DNA of 64,000 nt from Auanema rhodensis (lineage: Eukaryota > Animalia > Nematoda), in assembly GCA_964057225.1 (NCBI GenBank), contig OZ059896.1, forward strand, positions 17,980,001-18,044,000, written 5' to 3'. Below are positions 40,732-55,004 of the stretch, piece after piece. The translations under genes and the position numbers were made by a program. Within the stretch, counting starts at the first letter, position 1. Every line of letters starts with the position of its first letter. Below the pieces are notes generated by a model. That model saw only the letters and a program-made list of their open reading frames with translations. It ran no database searches and was not told the DNA's origin.

Positions 40732-40781
40732 AAAATAAAAAAACAGTTGATGAAACAAATATTCATAACAAATTGAAACAA

Positions 40782-41011
40782 TTAAGCCGAAGACTCGGTC
40801 TTAGCGGTATGTCTCTTGTTGTGCTTCTTAGCGAAACGAAGGTTCTTCAAGAACTTGGGATCAACACCCTTCATGGACATGAATCTCTGCTTCTTTGGCT
40901 TGTGGATACCATTACGGTGAGCCTTTCTGTCTGTAAAGGAAACTAAATTAAAACCACATAAATAATAAACTCACTTTGGTTGTGATTGGTATGGTTCTTG
41001 GACTTGGCCAT
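40782..41011 (-). CDS. rpl-29: 60S ribosomal protein L29 (eL29)
   Basis: [12 protein letters not shown]|[38 protein letters not shown]; two exons. Confidence 0.97.
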
Positions 41012-41626
41012 GGCGCTAAGAAAATTACCCTGAAAGATTTCAAATAAACTGAATAAATGAGCACTTAGCAGAACACGCTTCACGAGAAAAATAACTTCTC
41101 ACATTATACTACAAGAACATGCAAATTAGTATATAAAAAGGATGAATATGAAAATTCAGAATAATAATTGAAAATTTATAAAAATTCGGAATAAAGTTTC
41201 ACATAGCATTTTAAGAAAAAAACCTTGATGACAGTTGAGCATGGACTTTCAGAAATGAATATATAGAAAAACATACAGATTACTTTACAAAAAACTCTCT
41301 TAAAAATCCTAATTCCCAAATTATAACCGACCTCTTTGAAATAAAACTCAGTGCTGGCTAGTATTACGGTAAAGAATTTGTCGCGGTGGGGTTTTTTTTT
41401 CAGACCTTTAAATCCCGTCAAGTTGTCTAAGCTGATTTCATATTCTCTAATTCATCTGATTTGCATATGTATTATTATTTGGCAAAGTCTTAAAAGGTTA
41501 TATATACAGCATACTCATAAAAGATTTAATGTTCTACTTAATTTCAAATTCGGAAACGTTATTTCGGCTTTTGTTTTAATTAGTGCCAACATGGAAAGTT
41601 TTTATGTATATATTGTTTAAGGTAGC

Positions 41627-44600
41627 ATGTCTTACTTCCGTAGTTTTTTCGGAGGGGGGCCAAGTAATTATTCTGAAGAAGATAATGGTGCTGAAATAGT
41701 TGAAAAAATAGTTGCAAGATTAGAAACATGCGATGATATAGAAGATCGTCGTGATGCACTTAGAACTCTTCGAAGTATGGTTAAGGTATCAAAGTTGAAT
41801 GTATGTTTATTTGATGTATATATTAATAGAAGCTTCGTGTAGCTGTTGGTTTTATGGGCATGAACGCTTTCATTAATATTTTGGAGAAAGAGAGAAGCAT
41901 GACTGATTTGCTAGCTCTTAGTTTAGATTTGTTGAACTGTATTCTCACTAGTGAAGATGAATACAATGAGGAGGATGAAGTTGGTTTAAGATTTGCTGAG
42001 GTTTGGATTGTTAAACTATGTGCTTCTCACTTTTTTCATAATTTTAAGCTTCTTCTAAAGAAATCATGCTTTATTCCATCTCTTCTTGCATGCATTGAAA
42101 TTTTTGAGTTTTCTGTTCGAAGGTAATATTACTTTTTCATGTAACTGTTAAATTTTTGATATAGAGCTGCTATTCAACTTATGACATCGTTGCTTCGTCA
42201 TCGTGGCTCAGAAGTTCAGGCTAGTGTTATGGGCCAGCCTTCAGGCGTTCCTTGTTTGGTTGATTCTGTTCATGACAAACGAGAAGTTGTAAGAAATGAA
42301 GCCATTCTTATGCTCTCAGAATTAAGCAGAAATAATCAACAAGTAAGCTAATACGATCTCAATGCAATAAAATATAATTTATTTCTTCTTAGATTCAACA
42401 ACTTCTTGCATACGATAATGCTTTTGTTTTGTTAATGGGCATCATTGAGTCTGAAGCATTAGACAGTGAGGATTTCTCTTTTGAAAAAAACCTCCTATTC
42501 TGATTTCAGGCATTGTTGTGGAAGATTGTTTATTTGTAATTTTGAATCTTTTGCGTAAAAATTCTATGAATCAGGAGCTGTTCAGAGAAAACAAGTATAT
42601 TTTCTTTTCTTGCACTCTAAAAATCTTTTTTTTTTCAGTTTAATTTACCAATTAAATCTTGTTCTTTATAAGTTTTTATATGGTACAGAGGATGAGCCAG
42701 AAGAACTCGAATGGCCAAAACAAAGAACTAATAATGTAATTTTCCTTCTTCAGGTTGTTAGGTACATTGAAGATTTATATTTTATTCAGAATGTTCTTAT
42801 TTATTTTTTAGAAGCTTGGTAAGTCCCGATAACTCAGGACTCAGCACACATAATGCGCAAAAGGCTGTTCATCAAACGCGTTAGTTAGTCTATTAAAATT
42901 TCTGTTGATTTTTGTTTGCAGAACTTCTGGATAATTTGTGCAGAGTTCTTTTATCTGAAACGGGTGTATCCGTAGAAATCTTAACTGAGACAGTAATTGT
43001 CGTTGCCGAATGTATCCGCGGAAGTTATACTAATCAAGAATATTTCGCCAGTTGTTCCATGGTAACTGGAGAGAATTCGTCCAGGTAATTTCTCAGTATA
43101 TTGCAGCATAATTTGTTTCTATTTAGATCTTCTCTTCTTGTATTGTTGACATCTATGACAGCTGAAAAACAACCATTCAAGTTACGGTGTGCTGTTTTCT
43201 ACTGCTTCTTATCATATCTCTTCGATAATGAATTTGGAAAAATTAAGGTACTTAATGTATTTCTGCAAATTATAATATCAACAAATTGCAGATTACTGAA
43301 ACTTTATTGTCTTCAGTTCCATCCGAAAACTCAGAAACAACAGGAGGCATGATAATTCAAGCTTTAACTGCTACAGAATATGTTCAATCGTGGTTCGGAA
43401 GCGTTTCTTTAATGCATTGCTTGATTGATGTACCTCACTTGAGGTTGAATACTATTTCTAAACATTTAAATTTACATATTTTCTTTAGGGAGCAATTATT
43501 GAGAGTTCAAGTGTCTACTTTACCTGAACAAGCTCCAATCTCTCTGATGAATCATATTGAAAACCAATTAGTAAGTTTTATATTATGAATGTTCTAAAAA
43601 GTGTTGCCTTATCAGATTTCATTTGGAAATCGTAGAGTTCAAACTAGAGTTGGATTGTTAATGCTTCTCTCCGTGTGGTTGCAAGACTGCCCAACAGCTG
43701 TTGAAGTATTTACATCAAACCAAGAGATTGTTCATTATTTAACATCACAAATAGGTATGATGTTTTAAACACTATTATAACTTGTTATACTTTAGTTGAT
43801 GAATGTGGTGAGGGAACAGAGTGTGAACAACAAATTCTAAAAGGGCTTATGGCTTTCATTCTGTTGACTTGCATTAGCCAAACAAAAGATGATTTGAGGT
43901 ATCTTATTCATCATTTTTTTGCTTTTTAAAATCTCGTATTTTCAAGACACTCGCTTGAACAATTAATTGAGAGAAGAGTAGGTCGCGAAAGAATGATTAC
44001 CTACTTAGAAGGTGTCTCTCGCACGGAGCACTTCGTACGCGCTGCTCAAAAGCCGTTGCCACTTGCTAAAATTCCCTCAGAATTGTTTTTGGATTTCCAA
44101 TTCATTAAACTGTTCAAAACAAGAGAAGGTAGTTCTGTTCGGACAAAACTAATTTAACTATTTTTTGTGTCAGGTGGTCTAATCAAAATTGTGTCAGCCA
44201 AGGGAGATTTCAACGGAACCACAAGCAGTGATGGAATTATTCAGTCGTTCAAAGTATGATTATCACTTTTCTGTATCATTATTTTTTTGATTCAAGGAAC
44301 TAATCAAACGTCAAGATGAGGAAATTTCGCTTTTGAAACAAGACCTTAAGAAGAGTCAAAAAGAAAACGAGAGAATACGAAACGAGGAAGTGAATAAAAC
44401 CAAAGTTGCACCCGAAGTTGATGCCTTACGGCAGCAGTTACAGCATCTCTCTACCAACTCTGTGCATGTAGAATCTCATCAAGTCCAGATTCAAGAGCTT
44501 CAACGGTTACTCAACTTATCAGAGAAATTTATTTTGAATTATTATTTATAGCTTAATAGAGCAATGGCGAGCAGAATCTGAAAAATATAAAAATTGGGCT

Positions 44601-45190
44601 CAGCAATGGCAGCAATACCAAGTTACCCAAGTATGATTGTTTACTAGACCTTAGTTTTTATACGTTATTATGATTTAATAATATCACATGGTTATAGATG
44701 ACTAATCCTCATGACACTGCTGTTGCTCAATTGCAACAACAATGTACAGAATTAGAACAACAACTCAGCTATGGTTATACTGCATTTGAGCAACAAAGTC
44801 AAACCGTATGCTTTACCTTAGCAAAAAAAATTGTGCATTTTATCTTTATAGATATCGGAGCAATCCTCGTTAGCGGAACAGTGGAGGAGTAGAGCTGAAG
44901 TTGCTGAAGCTCAGTTGTCCGCTCTTCAACAGCAGCAACAACACCAATCTCAGCTACAACAAGTTGAGCCAGCAATTCAATCTTCCACTAATATTGCTGA
45001 GGCATGTTCTATAAAATATTCTTTCATTTTTATGGCTTTACTTCAGGTATCCGTCGAATTAGAGAAATTGAAGTCTGAACAGGAAGATCTTCTTATGCTC
45101 CTTGCTGAGCAGCATAACAAGATCATAGGATATCGTAAACGACTTAGAGCTCTCCAGCAAGTTGTATCAGATGACGACGAAGACGAGTAA
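41627..45190 (+). CDS. uso-1: USO1/p115 Golgi vesicle-tethering protein
   Basis: [80 protein letters not shown]; C-terminal coiled coil [12 protein letters not shown] and acidic tail SDDDEDE. Confidence 0.93.
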
Positions 45191-45712
45191 TTTATTTATT
45201 TGGGATAGTTTCTATTTATTACAGTTTTAATGTAAATTGCTTCTGTATTCTATCTTTAAACTGTCTGTGATACTTATTGGGAAATATCTTTCTACCATAT
45301 TCTTGGGTTTTCCTTTTCTCTTATATGTGATAACTTGGGTCGGCTCTCGAAATAGATATTAGGTTCTGAATGCTATTGTTAATAGTCATAATTTGGTTGC
45401 GAGGTTATTATAATATCCCATTTAAATTAATTTTTTTCTTGTTACATCCACGGAGTTGTGGAATGGGATTGTCTAATAACCTGATGTAGTATATTTGTTT
45501 TCACTGCGAACTGACTGACATTCTTATCGATATAAATATCTTTTTACCTTTCTATTTGATGCTGTTAAATAATATAAAAATCATAAAGTAGAGCATGTAG
45601 TATGATTTATTGAAATCAATAGATCAAATAAAGTATTGGGGCAATTTCTGTTAAGTATACCATCGCGGAGCTCTCTTTCTTTCCTTTTTTACATTTTTTG
45701 TACATATGAGCT

Positions 45713-48700
45713 ATGATTGATGATGATCACTGGAATGCTTTTCGCTCATATAAGAGGGCATCTATCGAAACTCCTTCTTTTACGAAATGGATGGTAACTT
45801 CACTTCAAGTTTTAAAGGTATATAGAAGGAAACTTGAAGTGTTTTCAATTGAAATACTTTCTAATTCAGCTTGGAATTTTTGCCGGCAGTTGTCTATTCA
45901 TTACTCTAGGAGCCTGCTTTTCAAAGCTATTTATCCTTTTACTATCTACAAATTTACTAAATAATTCGTCTAACCATGGGATGCCCTGCGCTGATGGTCA
46001 GTTATAGGATTTATTTGTCTTATTCTTGAATTGTTCTCGTTTAGTTCCAAGAAGAGCTCCTGTTACTGCCGCGATCTACGTATGCATATCTTTAGTTCAA
46101 GTTCTCCCCGATTTCATCGAGTTACTTCAAGCGATAATCCGAACTTATAGAGGAACCCGAGCTGGACGAGTTAACTTCACTGTATCGATCAGTATCCAAA
46201 AAATAAATCAAAAATTTGTTCTTACAGCTTCTTGTATTGGAATCATGTCGTAGTCTTGGATTATCAATCCTTGTCTTCTTCGTGTTTCCCCAATTGGATA
46301 TTGGAAGATGTGTTCTCCTTACCGCATGTCTTCCTTTAATATCAGCTATTCAGCAGTTAATGGCCAGCATGTACTCTTCCTGTCGACCAACCAACTCTTT
46401 CCTTTTGAGAATGTGTAAGTTTCTTGTCTGGTTTTGTAATTATGGATTCAACAAGTTTTGTAGGGAGATGTGCTCTAACTCTACCCCATTTCATACTTTG
46501 TTTGGGACTTCTTAGTTCGTTCTATCTCTGGGCGGTTATTGATGTTCCTTTCAAGGTAATTATCTTAACAAGAAACTATTTTATCATATCTATAATTTCC
46601 GGCCGATATTGCTTTGCCTATCGGAGTTATTCTTAGCTCTGTTGGTTTATGGGAATCATGGATTGGCCCACAACACGAGGGAACTCTGTTCCATCCGCTA
46701 TACCAGGTTTTATTTTTTTGAATTTAAAGAATATGCTTGCTTTCAGGCTAAATATGGTATTAGAAAATTGAATCCATCTACAAGGATTGCACATGCTATT
46801 ATTCGTATTTTATGTGTATTATCTTTAATGGCTCTTGCCGCTGATTCTGAACTTGATACCAGCTATGTTTACAAGATTCTTACAAATCACAGTTTGAAGT
46901 TTTATCACACGTAAGTTCTCCATATATGTTTTGTTTTAATTTTTTTCTTAGTCGATTGATTGCTTTAACTATCGGTATCTGTATACTTCACTCGGTTCTT
47001 CGTGGATGTAGTCGTTTCCTTTCCACTATGGACATGAGAATTCTTTCGGGAATTCATCCAATGACTATTGCCCCAGTTATTCTTTATGGATTTATTAGAT
47101 ATTCTTGCTCAAAATCATTATGTACCGTTCCAAAGGTATATTATAATATTCATATAAAGGGTGATCATAATGATTTAGCTGTTTACTGCTTTTGGTCTTC
47201 GTTGGACATGTGATGCTTTTGGCGGATCAGCTCGTCCATTTAATGACTGGTACTTAGGCATGATTTGGCTAGCTGTTGGAACATACAGAGCTTGGATATA
47301 TGTTCGGCAAAGAAAGTTTGATAGAACAGAGGAAATGTTTGTTAATGACCCCTATAATAAGTTTATATCTGTACTTCAGAATGGATGCTCTCTCTCCTTG
47401 GACAAGCAGCTACTGCATTGAGCAATCTCTTGTTGTATTTAGACATTCGATCTCTAAAATTGTATGGTTAACGGTTAATTATATTTTACCAAAAATCTAT
47501 TTTTCAAGAGTGTTTCTTCAAAAATGAACACTGATCCATCAGCTGTCTTAGATGATGAAATGGTTATCAGAAATGATGAAACTAATAAGACATTGACAGT
47601 CTACATATGTGCTACTATGTGGCACGAAACTGCAACAGAAATGACTCAAATGCTTAGGAGTATTTTAAAGTTTGTTGTGCACTTATTATCTTTTGGAAAT
47701 ACTATAATACAGGTTGGACCAAGAGCACATGAGAAGACAAACTAACTCTAAGCCTGATGAGCTTAAATTTGTTCTTGAAGGTTTTTCTTATTTTCATATA
47801 TTTATTCTTAAACGTTCTACTGTTCAGGACATATTTATTTCGATGATGCTTGGTGTGACGTTGTTGAAAACGGTGAAACAAAACGGGTACCTAATGAATT
47901 CTTTGAACTTTTCTTCCATACCTTGAATGAAATGACTGGTGAAAAGCAAGATGAATATGGAAAAATGGCTTCAAGATGCTTGGTGAATACTCCATATGGA
48001 GGACGTGTGGTTATCAAATTACCAGCTGGAACCTTGCTGTTTGTACACTTAAAAGACAAAGTTTTGATCAGACATAAGAAGAGATGGAGTCAAGTAAATG
48101 CAAAAAAAAGTTTTTCATTCTATAGAAAACTTAGGTCATGTATATGTACTACCTCCTTGGTCATCGTATTATGGATTCAGCTACTTCTATCGATGATCGT
48201 CAGTTAATGGCTGATAATACTTTCATCTTGGCTATTGATGGTGACAGTAAGTTTGAACCTGAAGCTGTTCTTCGTCTTCTTGCTTTAATGGATCAAAAGA
48301 GTGATATTGGTTGTGCCTGTGGTCGTATTCATCCTATCGGATCAGGTATTTAGTTATAGTTAGATTCAAATAATCTATTTTACTCGAAACAGGAGTTATG
48401 GTGTGGTACCAAAAATTCGAGTACGCTATTGCCCATTGGTTCCAAAAAGCTGCTGAGCATGTCTTCGGATGTGTACTATGTGCCCCAGGATGCTTTTCTC
48501 TTTTCCGTGCTTCTGCTCTTATGGATGACAATATTATGCATAAATATACCAAGACTGCTGATCAACCAAGACATTTCGTTCAATATGATCAGGGAGAAGA
48601 TCGTTGGCTTAGTACACTCTTACTTAAACAAGTAAGTTTTCAATTCACATTCGTAAATTCTAGATTGAACTTTCAGGGCTATCGTATTGAATATGCTGCT

Positions 48701-50765
48701 GCTTCTGATGCCGAAACATATGCTCCTGAAGGTTTTGAGGAATTCTTTAATCAACGTCGTCGCTGGACTCCGTCATCGATTGCTAACACCATTGATCTGT
48801 TGGCTGACTACAAGGTATATTTTAACTTAATAAATAGATATTGCGATATTTCAGAGAGCTGCTGAAAACAATAATTCAATCTCTATGGCTTACATCGCTT
48901 ATCAATTTTTGGTTATTGCTTTCTCTATGTTAGGTCCTGCTATTATTTTCAGTATGGTTGTCTTTGCTCAAGTATTGTCAGGTTACTGAAACGAATTAAC
49001 TCATGATTTCTTTAGGTTGCTGCTTTTGGTGCTGATTCTGCTTCTATGATGCTTTATAACGGGCTCCCGATTGGTTTGTTTGTCGTGTTATGCTTCACAA
49101 CAGAATCTAATGTTCAACTATTTTATGCCAAAGTTATTCATAGTCTCAAATCTCTAAATTAGAAATATTCTTAAGATAATGTCTATCGTGTACGCCTTCG
49201 TTATGTTGGCTGTTCTTGTGGCTACTTCTAGTCAGATCGTGTTGGAAAGTATGTTCGAGGAATAGCTTAAAATTCTCAAATATATTTCAGCCGTTGTTTC
49301 ACCAACTTCTATGTTTGTTGTGGCTATGGTTTTGATTTTCTTCACAGCTGCTTGCCTTCATCCCAAAGAATTCACAAATGTCATATACGGTTATACATAA
49401 TGCTTAAAAGTAAAAACAATGAGGTTTTTATAATTTTCAGGAACTGTCTTCTTCTTAATGATTCCATCAACTTACATCTTCTTAACTTTGTATTCACTAA
49501 TTAATTTGAATGTAATTAACTGGGGAACACGTGAAGCTGTTGCTAAAGCTACTGGAAAAGTTTGAATTGGTGTATTTCTTTTGTTTTAATATATCTTCAG
49601 GTGGAACAAGACAGTGCTCTTGAGAAATGGTTACGTAAACTTGGTGAAGGAATGCTCGCTCCTCTCTTCCCATGCTTCTCTGCTAAGCCTGATCCTGTAG
49701 CAGAAAGATTGGAAAGAAAGTTATGCAAAATGGAACAAGAGCTCAACATGATTAAGCACAGTGATCAAGCCGTAACTGCTTTGGAACGTTATAAGATGCT
49801 TTCTGGTGAAGATCTTGAAAATTCTGTTTACTTGAACGAGGTTGTTGGTGTTCATAGAATAGTATCAATAGTATCTTTGAAGAGTTTCCAAATGATGCAG
49901 GATGGTGATGAAACAGCCGTAGCTGTGAAAACTGAAAAGAATCCTTTGGCGTGGATGGGAACATCCTACTTGAAGAGTTGTGAGCGCGGACGACTGAAGG
50001 GAGCTGAAGAACAGTTCTGGAACAAGCTTATCGAAACTTACCTTACGCCAATTAAATCTACATCTACTCAACAAAGGGATATCGCTGAAGGATTGGCTAG
50101 TCTTCGCAACAACGTTGCTTTCTTCGTTCTTCTCTTTAACGCTCTATTATCAATGGCCATTTATTTGATTCAGAAGCATAAGAACGTATTAAGTATTAAA
50201 TGGACTCCATACGGTATTAATTTAAACTTTGAGAAACACTCATCCACACATTCAGATGGATTCACTTGGACCAAGATGAATGAAATGAATGGACAGTTTG
50301 AAGAAACCGAAGATCCATTAAAGATTGATCCATTGGGAATGGGTATTATCATCTTCTTAATAGGAATTCTCATTGTGCAGACTATTGGTAATGAATAACT
50401 TTAGGCCTTTTAAAGAAAATGTTGTTAAGGTATGCTGATTCATCGTTTGAATACTTTGATTGGAGCTTTCCAAGAAGTTAAGCATATCCATGCTTTACAG
50501 CTTGGAGATGTCAGCAAAAAAGACGAAGATGAAAAAATATTAATCACAGGTAAAAATAATATAAGCAAGCTTACAATTTCTAACATTTATCTGCATTTTA
50601 GCCCGACAAATGCTTGATACAACTAATCAAATCAATTTACATGCTGGAGATGGGTATACTCGTCATACAGTTGAAAATAGTGGTGATCATGAAAATGTTC
50701 TCTACAAATTACAAAAAGCTCGTTTGACTGAAAGAATGAAAAGAGGAGCTTTATACAAAAATTAA
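45713..50765 (+). CDS. chs-1: Chitin synthase, eggshell-type CHS-1
   Basis: [57 protein letters not shown]. The N-terminus [10 protein letters not shown]...WMVTSLQ resembles CHS-1 rather than CHS-2. Confidence 0.92.
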
Positions 50766-51332
50766 TCATGTCGATCTGCACTTTTAACAAGTTTTCGAAT
50801 TTTTTTTTGCTTTTACTGTATCATATCAAAATCATAGTTTATACGCTTTCATCATTTTACTCATATGAATCTCGATAATAAGCCTTTTTACTTTTTTTAA
50901 TATTTGGCTCTCTATTAATAAAATGTTTTATCATATATGTCTGTTTAATTTCAGTTTTTCTACTTATTATGGTTCTGTCGTAAGCGAACATATCGTGAGT
51001 CTGCTTGGTTTGGACTATGATGTATACAGTCGCATGTTCAAGAGCTGTTATATATCATTTTCCTTAACTTGGACTTGTTACTTCTTGATACTTTCATCAC
51101 AAGCAACTTATAGCTTGATTAGTCATAAACAATTTGTCACGAAAACATTTTATTTCTGTATCCAAGGCGATAAAGGAATTAAAGATTCAGACTGAGAGAC
51201 ATGACAGTCGGATTTGATTTCCAACAGGTTTTCGATCAGCGGGGCATTTTCTTTGTCACTTTGGTCAAAGCTTTTCTCGAAAGACACAAACTTCTCTCGT
51301 AACAACAGAGAAGGACCAGAAGCAGAATCTTT

Positions 51333-54300
51333 ATGGATTACTTGAAGTTAATTCTGTTTCTTGGTTTTATCCAGGTGGCATCAGCCTGCCATCCTCAATT
51401 CGAGAAAGAACTAAGATATCTTGATCTGTATCTTGGTCTAGTACCTGAAGATGATGGAGAACTTCCAGCAAAAGGTAATTACTTTTATTTTCATTTTTAA
51501 TTAAATAAATGTTCAGAAGCAGAGAATTTTGCTTCATATGTGTCATCTGCTCACGATTTGGATTGTAACTTTGATAAACAATGCTTATGGAAAAATGCAA
51601 AGACTGATGGATTGTTAGACACATCTGAATGGTGGTATTTCCAAGTAAGAATAGTTGAATATAATTTGAAAATGTATTGTTTTTTCCTGACAGAAGTCAG
51701 ACGACAAAGTATTCCCTGTCCAGATTCAACCTGGAAGACAAGATATTCCTAAAGGTTTGATGTTGATATATGAGACGTATATCTATATAATCAATCTTAG
51801 GAACTCATTTAATTGTCTCTGGAAATACTACAACAACATCTGAAAGTGCTGTATTACTAAGTGCTCCAATTGCATGTCAACGTGGATCAGGAAATCTAAC
51901 TTTCAGGTGAATTTTAATATTTTTTGACACTTTCCTTCACATAACATTTCTTTTTTTTTTAGTTATTGGCTCTATAACAATGCTAAATTAGAAGTTATTA
52001 TTGTACGAGCTTCAAATAGACGAACTCATCTCCAAGTATAACTTTTATTCATTATAATTATTTTTGAATAAATATTATTATTTAGGCTTTATTAAGACCA
52101 TCAATGGATTGTCATTTCCTTCGTCCAGCTAATGATATTTGTGCTGTTACTATTCCTCCTATTGATGAACCATATCGTATTGCAATTCGAGCTTTCAATC
52201 TAAAGGTATTTCTTTCTTTATTTAACAAATAATGACACTTTTTTCCCTTGATAGGATAATGTCGTCGGAAGTATGGCTTTGTTATCGAACATCAGCTATT
52301 CGGCTGATATTTGCGGGGAATCTCGTAAGCTACATGCCGTGAGATCCGGCCTTTATACAGCTATTTAAGCTTTCCCAACCGTCTTCTCGAGCGCTTCGTT
52401 AAATCCTGTACAACAAACGACGATAAACCAGCTGTCCGATCTTAACTGCGCTCGCCCTCTTTCGAGATGCCTTTGGGGTAACTCAGCCCCAACTTTATCG
52501 GAATGGAAAGCTGGCAGAAGTCTGGATAAATGGGATCGTATGATGGACGTGAGTTCCGTTTTTCAGATTTTGTGGTATTGAGACTGTTCAGGTTGGAAGA
52601 GATGAAACACGACCCAACTCGTCTTTTATCTTTTTGGTGGTTGATTCATTGTCACCCCGACCATATTCTGTGCTTCGTAGTCACCTTATTCCATGCACCC
52701 AACGGACAACAACTCTTTCCTTCAGGTTTAAGACATCGCAAATGTGCTTTTGATTGGTTTTTTTTTTAGGTATTGGCTAAAAACCGGCACTCAGGTCGAA
52801 ATTTGTTCAGTAGATGCTAACAATACCCCGCTGAGCTGCGTGTATCTAACCGAAGAAGATTCACCAGGACCAATAGAAGTAGATGCTGACGCTTACGATC
52901 AACCTTTCCGCGTAAACTTCTATATAGTATATTCACCAAACTAATAGCCATTACTTATTTTCAGTTCACTATTGAAATTATAGCATTTGATGAAACATCC
53001 GTTGGCCTTGTTGCTATCTCAGATATAAAGCTAACTGGACTATTATGCTCTGAACAAGCTCCACCTGTTGTGACTACAATAAGTCCCCCTATTGTAACTT
53101 TTATTTATATAGTAATACTAACTGAAAAACATATGCTTTATAGATTTCTTCTATGTTTGGATTACAACAAGGATATGGAAGCAGGGTTCCTTATGAACTC
53201 ACTCTTAATTGTGATTTCTCTCAAGATTATTGTAGTCAATGGATTAATGATGACGGCCATGTAGTATATGGTGCTGCACCTAAGAGCACTGATAAATTCC
53301 CAATTCCTAAACATATCAAAGGAAATGTTGCTGTCTTCCTCATGGAGAAAAAAACCAGTTCAATTTTAAGATCTCGAGAAGTTTCTTGCGCCAACCATGT
53401 CTCCATAACAGTAAACTATATGAGGTAGGAATGAGGTTTTACGAATAATTTATTTATTTTGTTTTAAAGATCTGAGCATGCCAATTTTTCCATATGTGCT
53501 ATTGATCGTTGTGTTCGGGCTCGAGATACATCAGGATCCATATCTATTACAGTTACATCTGAAAATCCATTCGAAGTAAGAAAAACAAAAGACTTATTAC
53601 ATCTCAACTATGAATGCAACCATTTAACATGGAATTAATGCTATATGACTTTATGAACAAACTTATGATAGTTTTTGAAATCACATTGAATGATATCAAG
53701 CATATCCCATTATATCAGTCATTTAATTCATTTTATTTTGAGTTTTTTTTTTCAAAAAAGTTCTAACCTTAAACTAAGATTATTAATTTTTAGATTAGTC
53801 TTGAAGCTAAGAGCTCTGCTGACGCTATTGTAGTAGTTAGTTCTATAATTGTGGAAGGTGATATTTGTCCAATGAGGACAGCTGAAAGAATATCCTGTGA
53901 TAAACTTGAATGTAATTTCAAAAGTAATACTCTTCATTTAATTCTAACGTTTAAAAAAATCTTCTTAAGACAGTTTGTGTGAATATACATCTCCTATAGT
54001 TCAACCGGGTGATTTGAATATGAAGACTTCGAAAGGAGGTTCAATAAGAATATGAGTATATACATTTTACTCCTTTATTTTCAGGAATGGAAGTATACTT
54101 AAATGAAACAACAACTCGTTCATTATTACTCAGCCCAGTTTTTGATTTACAAGCTCCAGCAATTCTTAAAATGAAAATCACTCAAAACGCTTTTGGCTCA
54201 CGTGTATTAATCTGTCCAACTGTTGAAAGGTAATTTTCACAATTTTACAAAAACAAAATAATAATAATTTATATAAATATAAATATATGTATATGTATAT

Positions 54301-54683
54301 TCATAATCAAAAATACATGTAATCTAAAATCTATGATTGAAAGTTTTGCTGATGAGATCTTCTGACATTTGAAATGAAATATATAAAATAACTGAATAAT
54401 ATAAGTGAAGTATATAAAATAACTGATCTCTTTTCTAACATAAATAAATTAAAATTGTAACTAAAATCATTTCAGTGATTCTGATGATTGTCATGAACTA
54501 CTTGGCCCTCGGGTTACCTCATCTGCTACTCACAGTCTGTCATTCTCTTTAGATGTTGGAGCAAGACAGTTTACTATAATAATGCTGCATCCACACGCTG
54601 AGGAGTTTGGAGAAGCCATGTTCAAAATACATTCTATCAGTTTGGAGGCTGAAAATGGACAATCAATGTGTGAAAACGCATAA
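51333..54683 (+). CDS. Secreted multi-MAM-like domain protein
   Basis: Signal peptide MDYLKLILFLGFIQVASA|C; repeated modules LDCNFDKQCLWKN, LNCARPLSRCLWGN, LNCDFSQDYCSQW and LECNFK; many short GT-AG introns; stop 54681-54683. Confidence 0.78.
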
Positions 54684-55004
54684 TATTTTCTTTCAGTTTA
54701 TCAGATGCGAAAACACCACCAAAAAGTTTGAAATCGTGAGCCCTTAACAATGCCAAATGATTGAAAGAGTGCAATATTTTATATTATATTGTTATATTTA
54801 TTATTATTTTAAATTATTGTTTTTTTTTTCAAAAAATAATTTGAGAAAATGAGAGAAAATTCATCTATAAATAGAATATATAGCATATTTATCAAAAAAA
54901 CGTGTATTTGTTTGTATAATGATGATGATAGCATCTAATCTCATGTTTTTTTTAACAAAAAAACATTATAAACAAATTGTAAGTGGTATAACAACTCACC
55001 TTTT

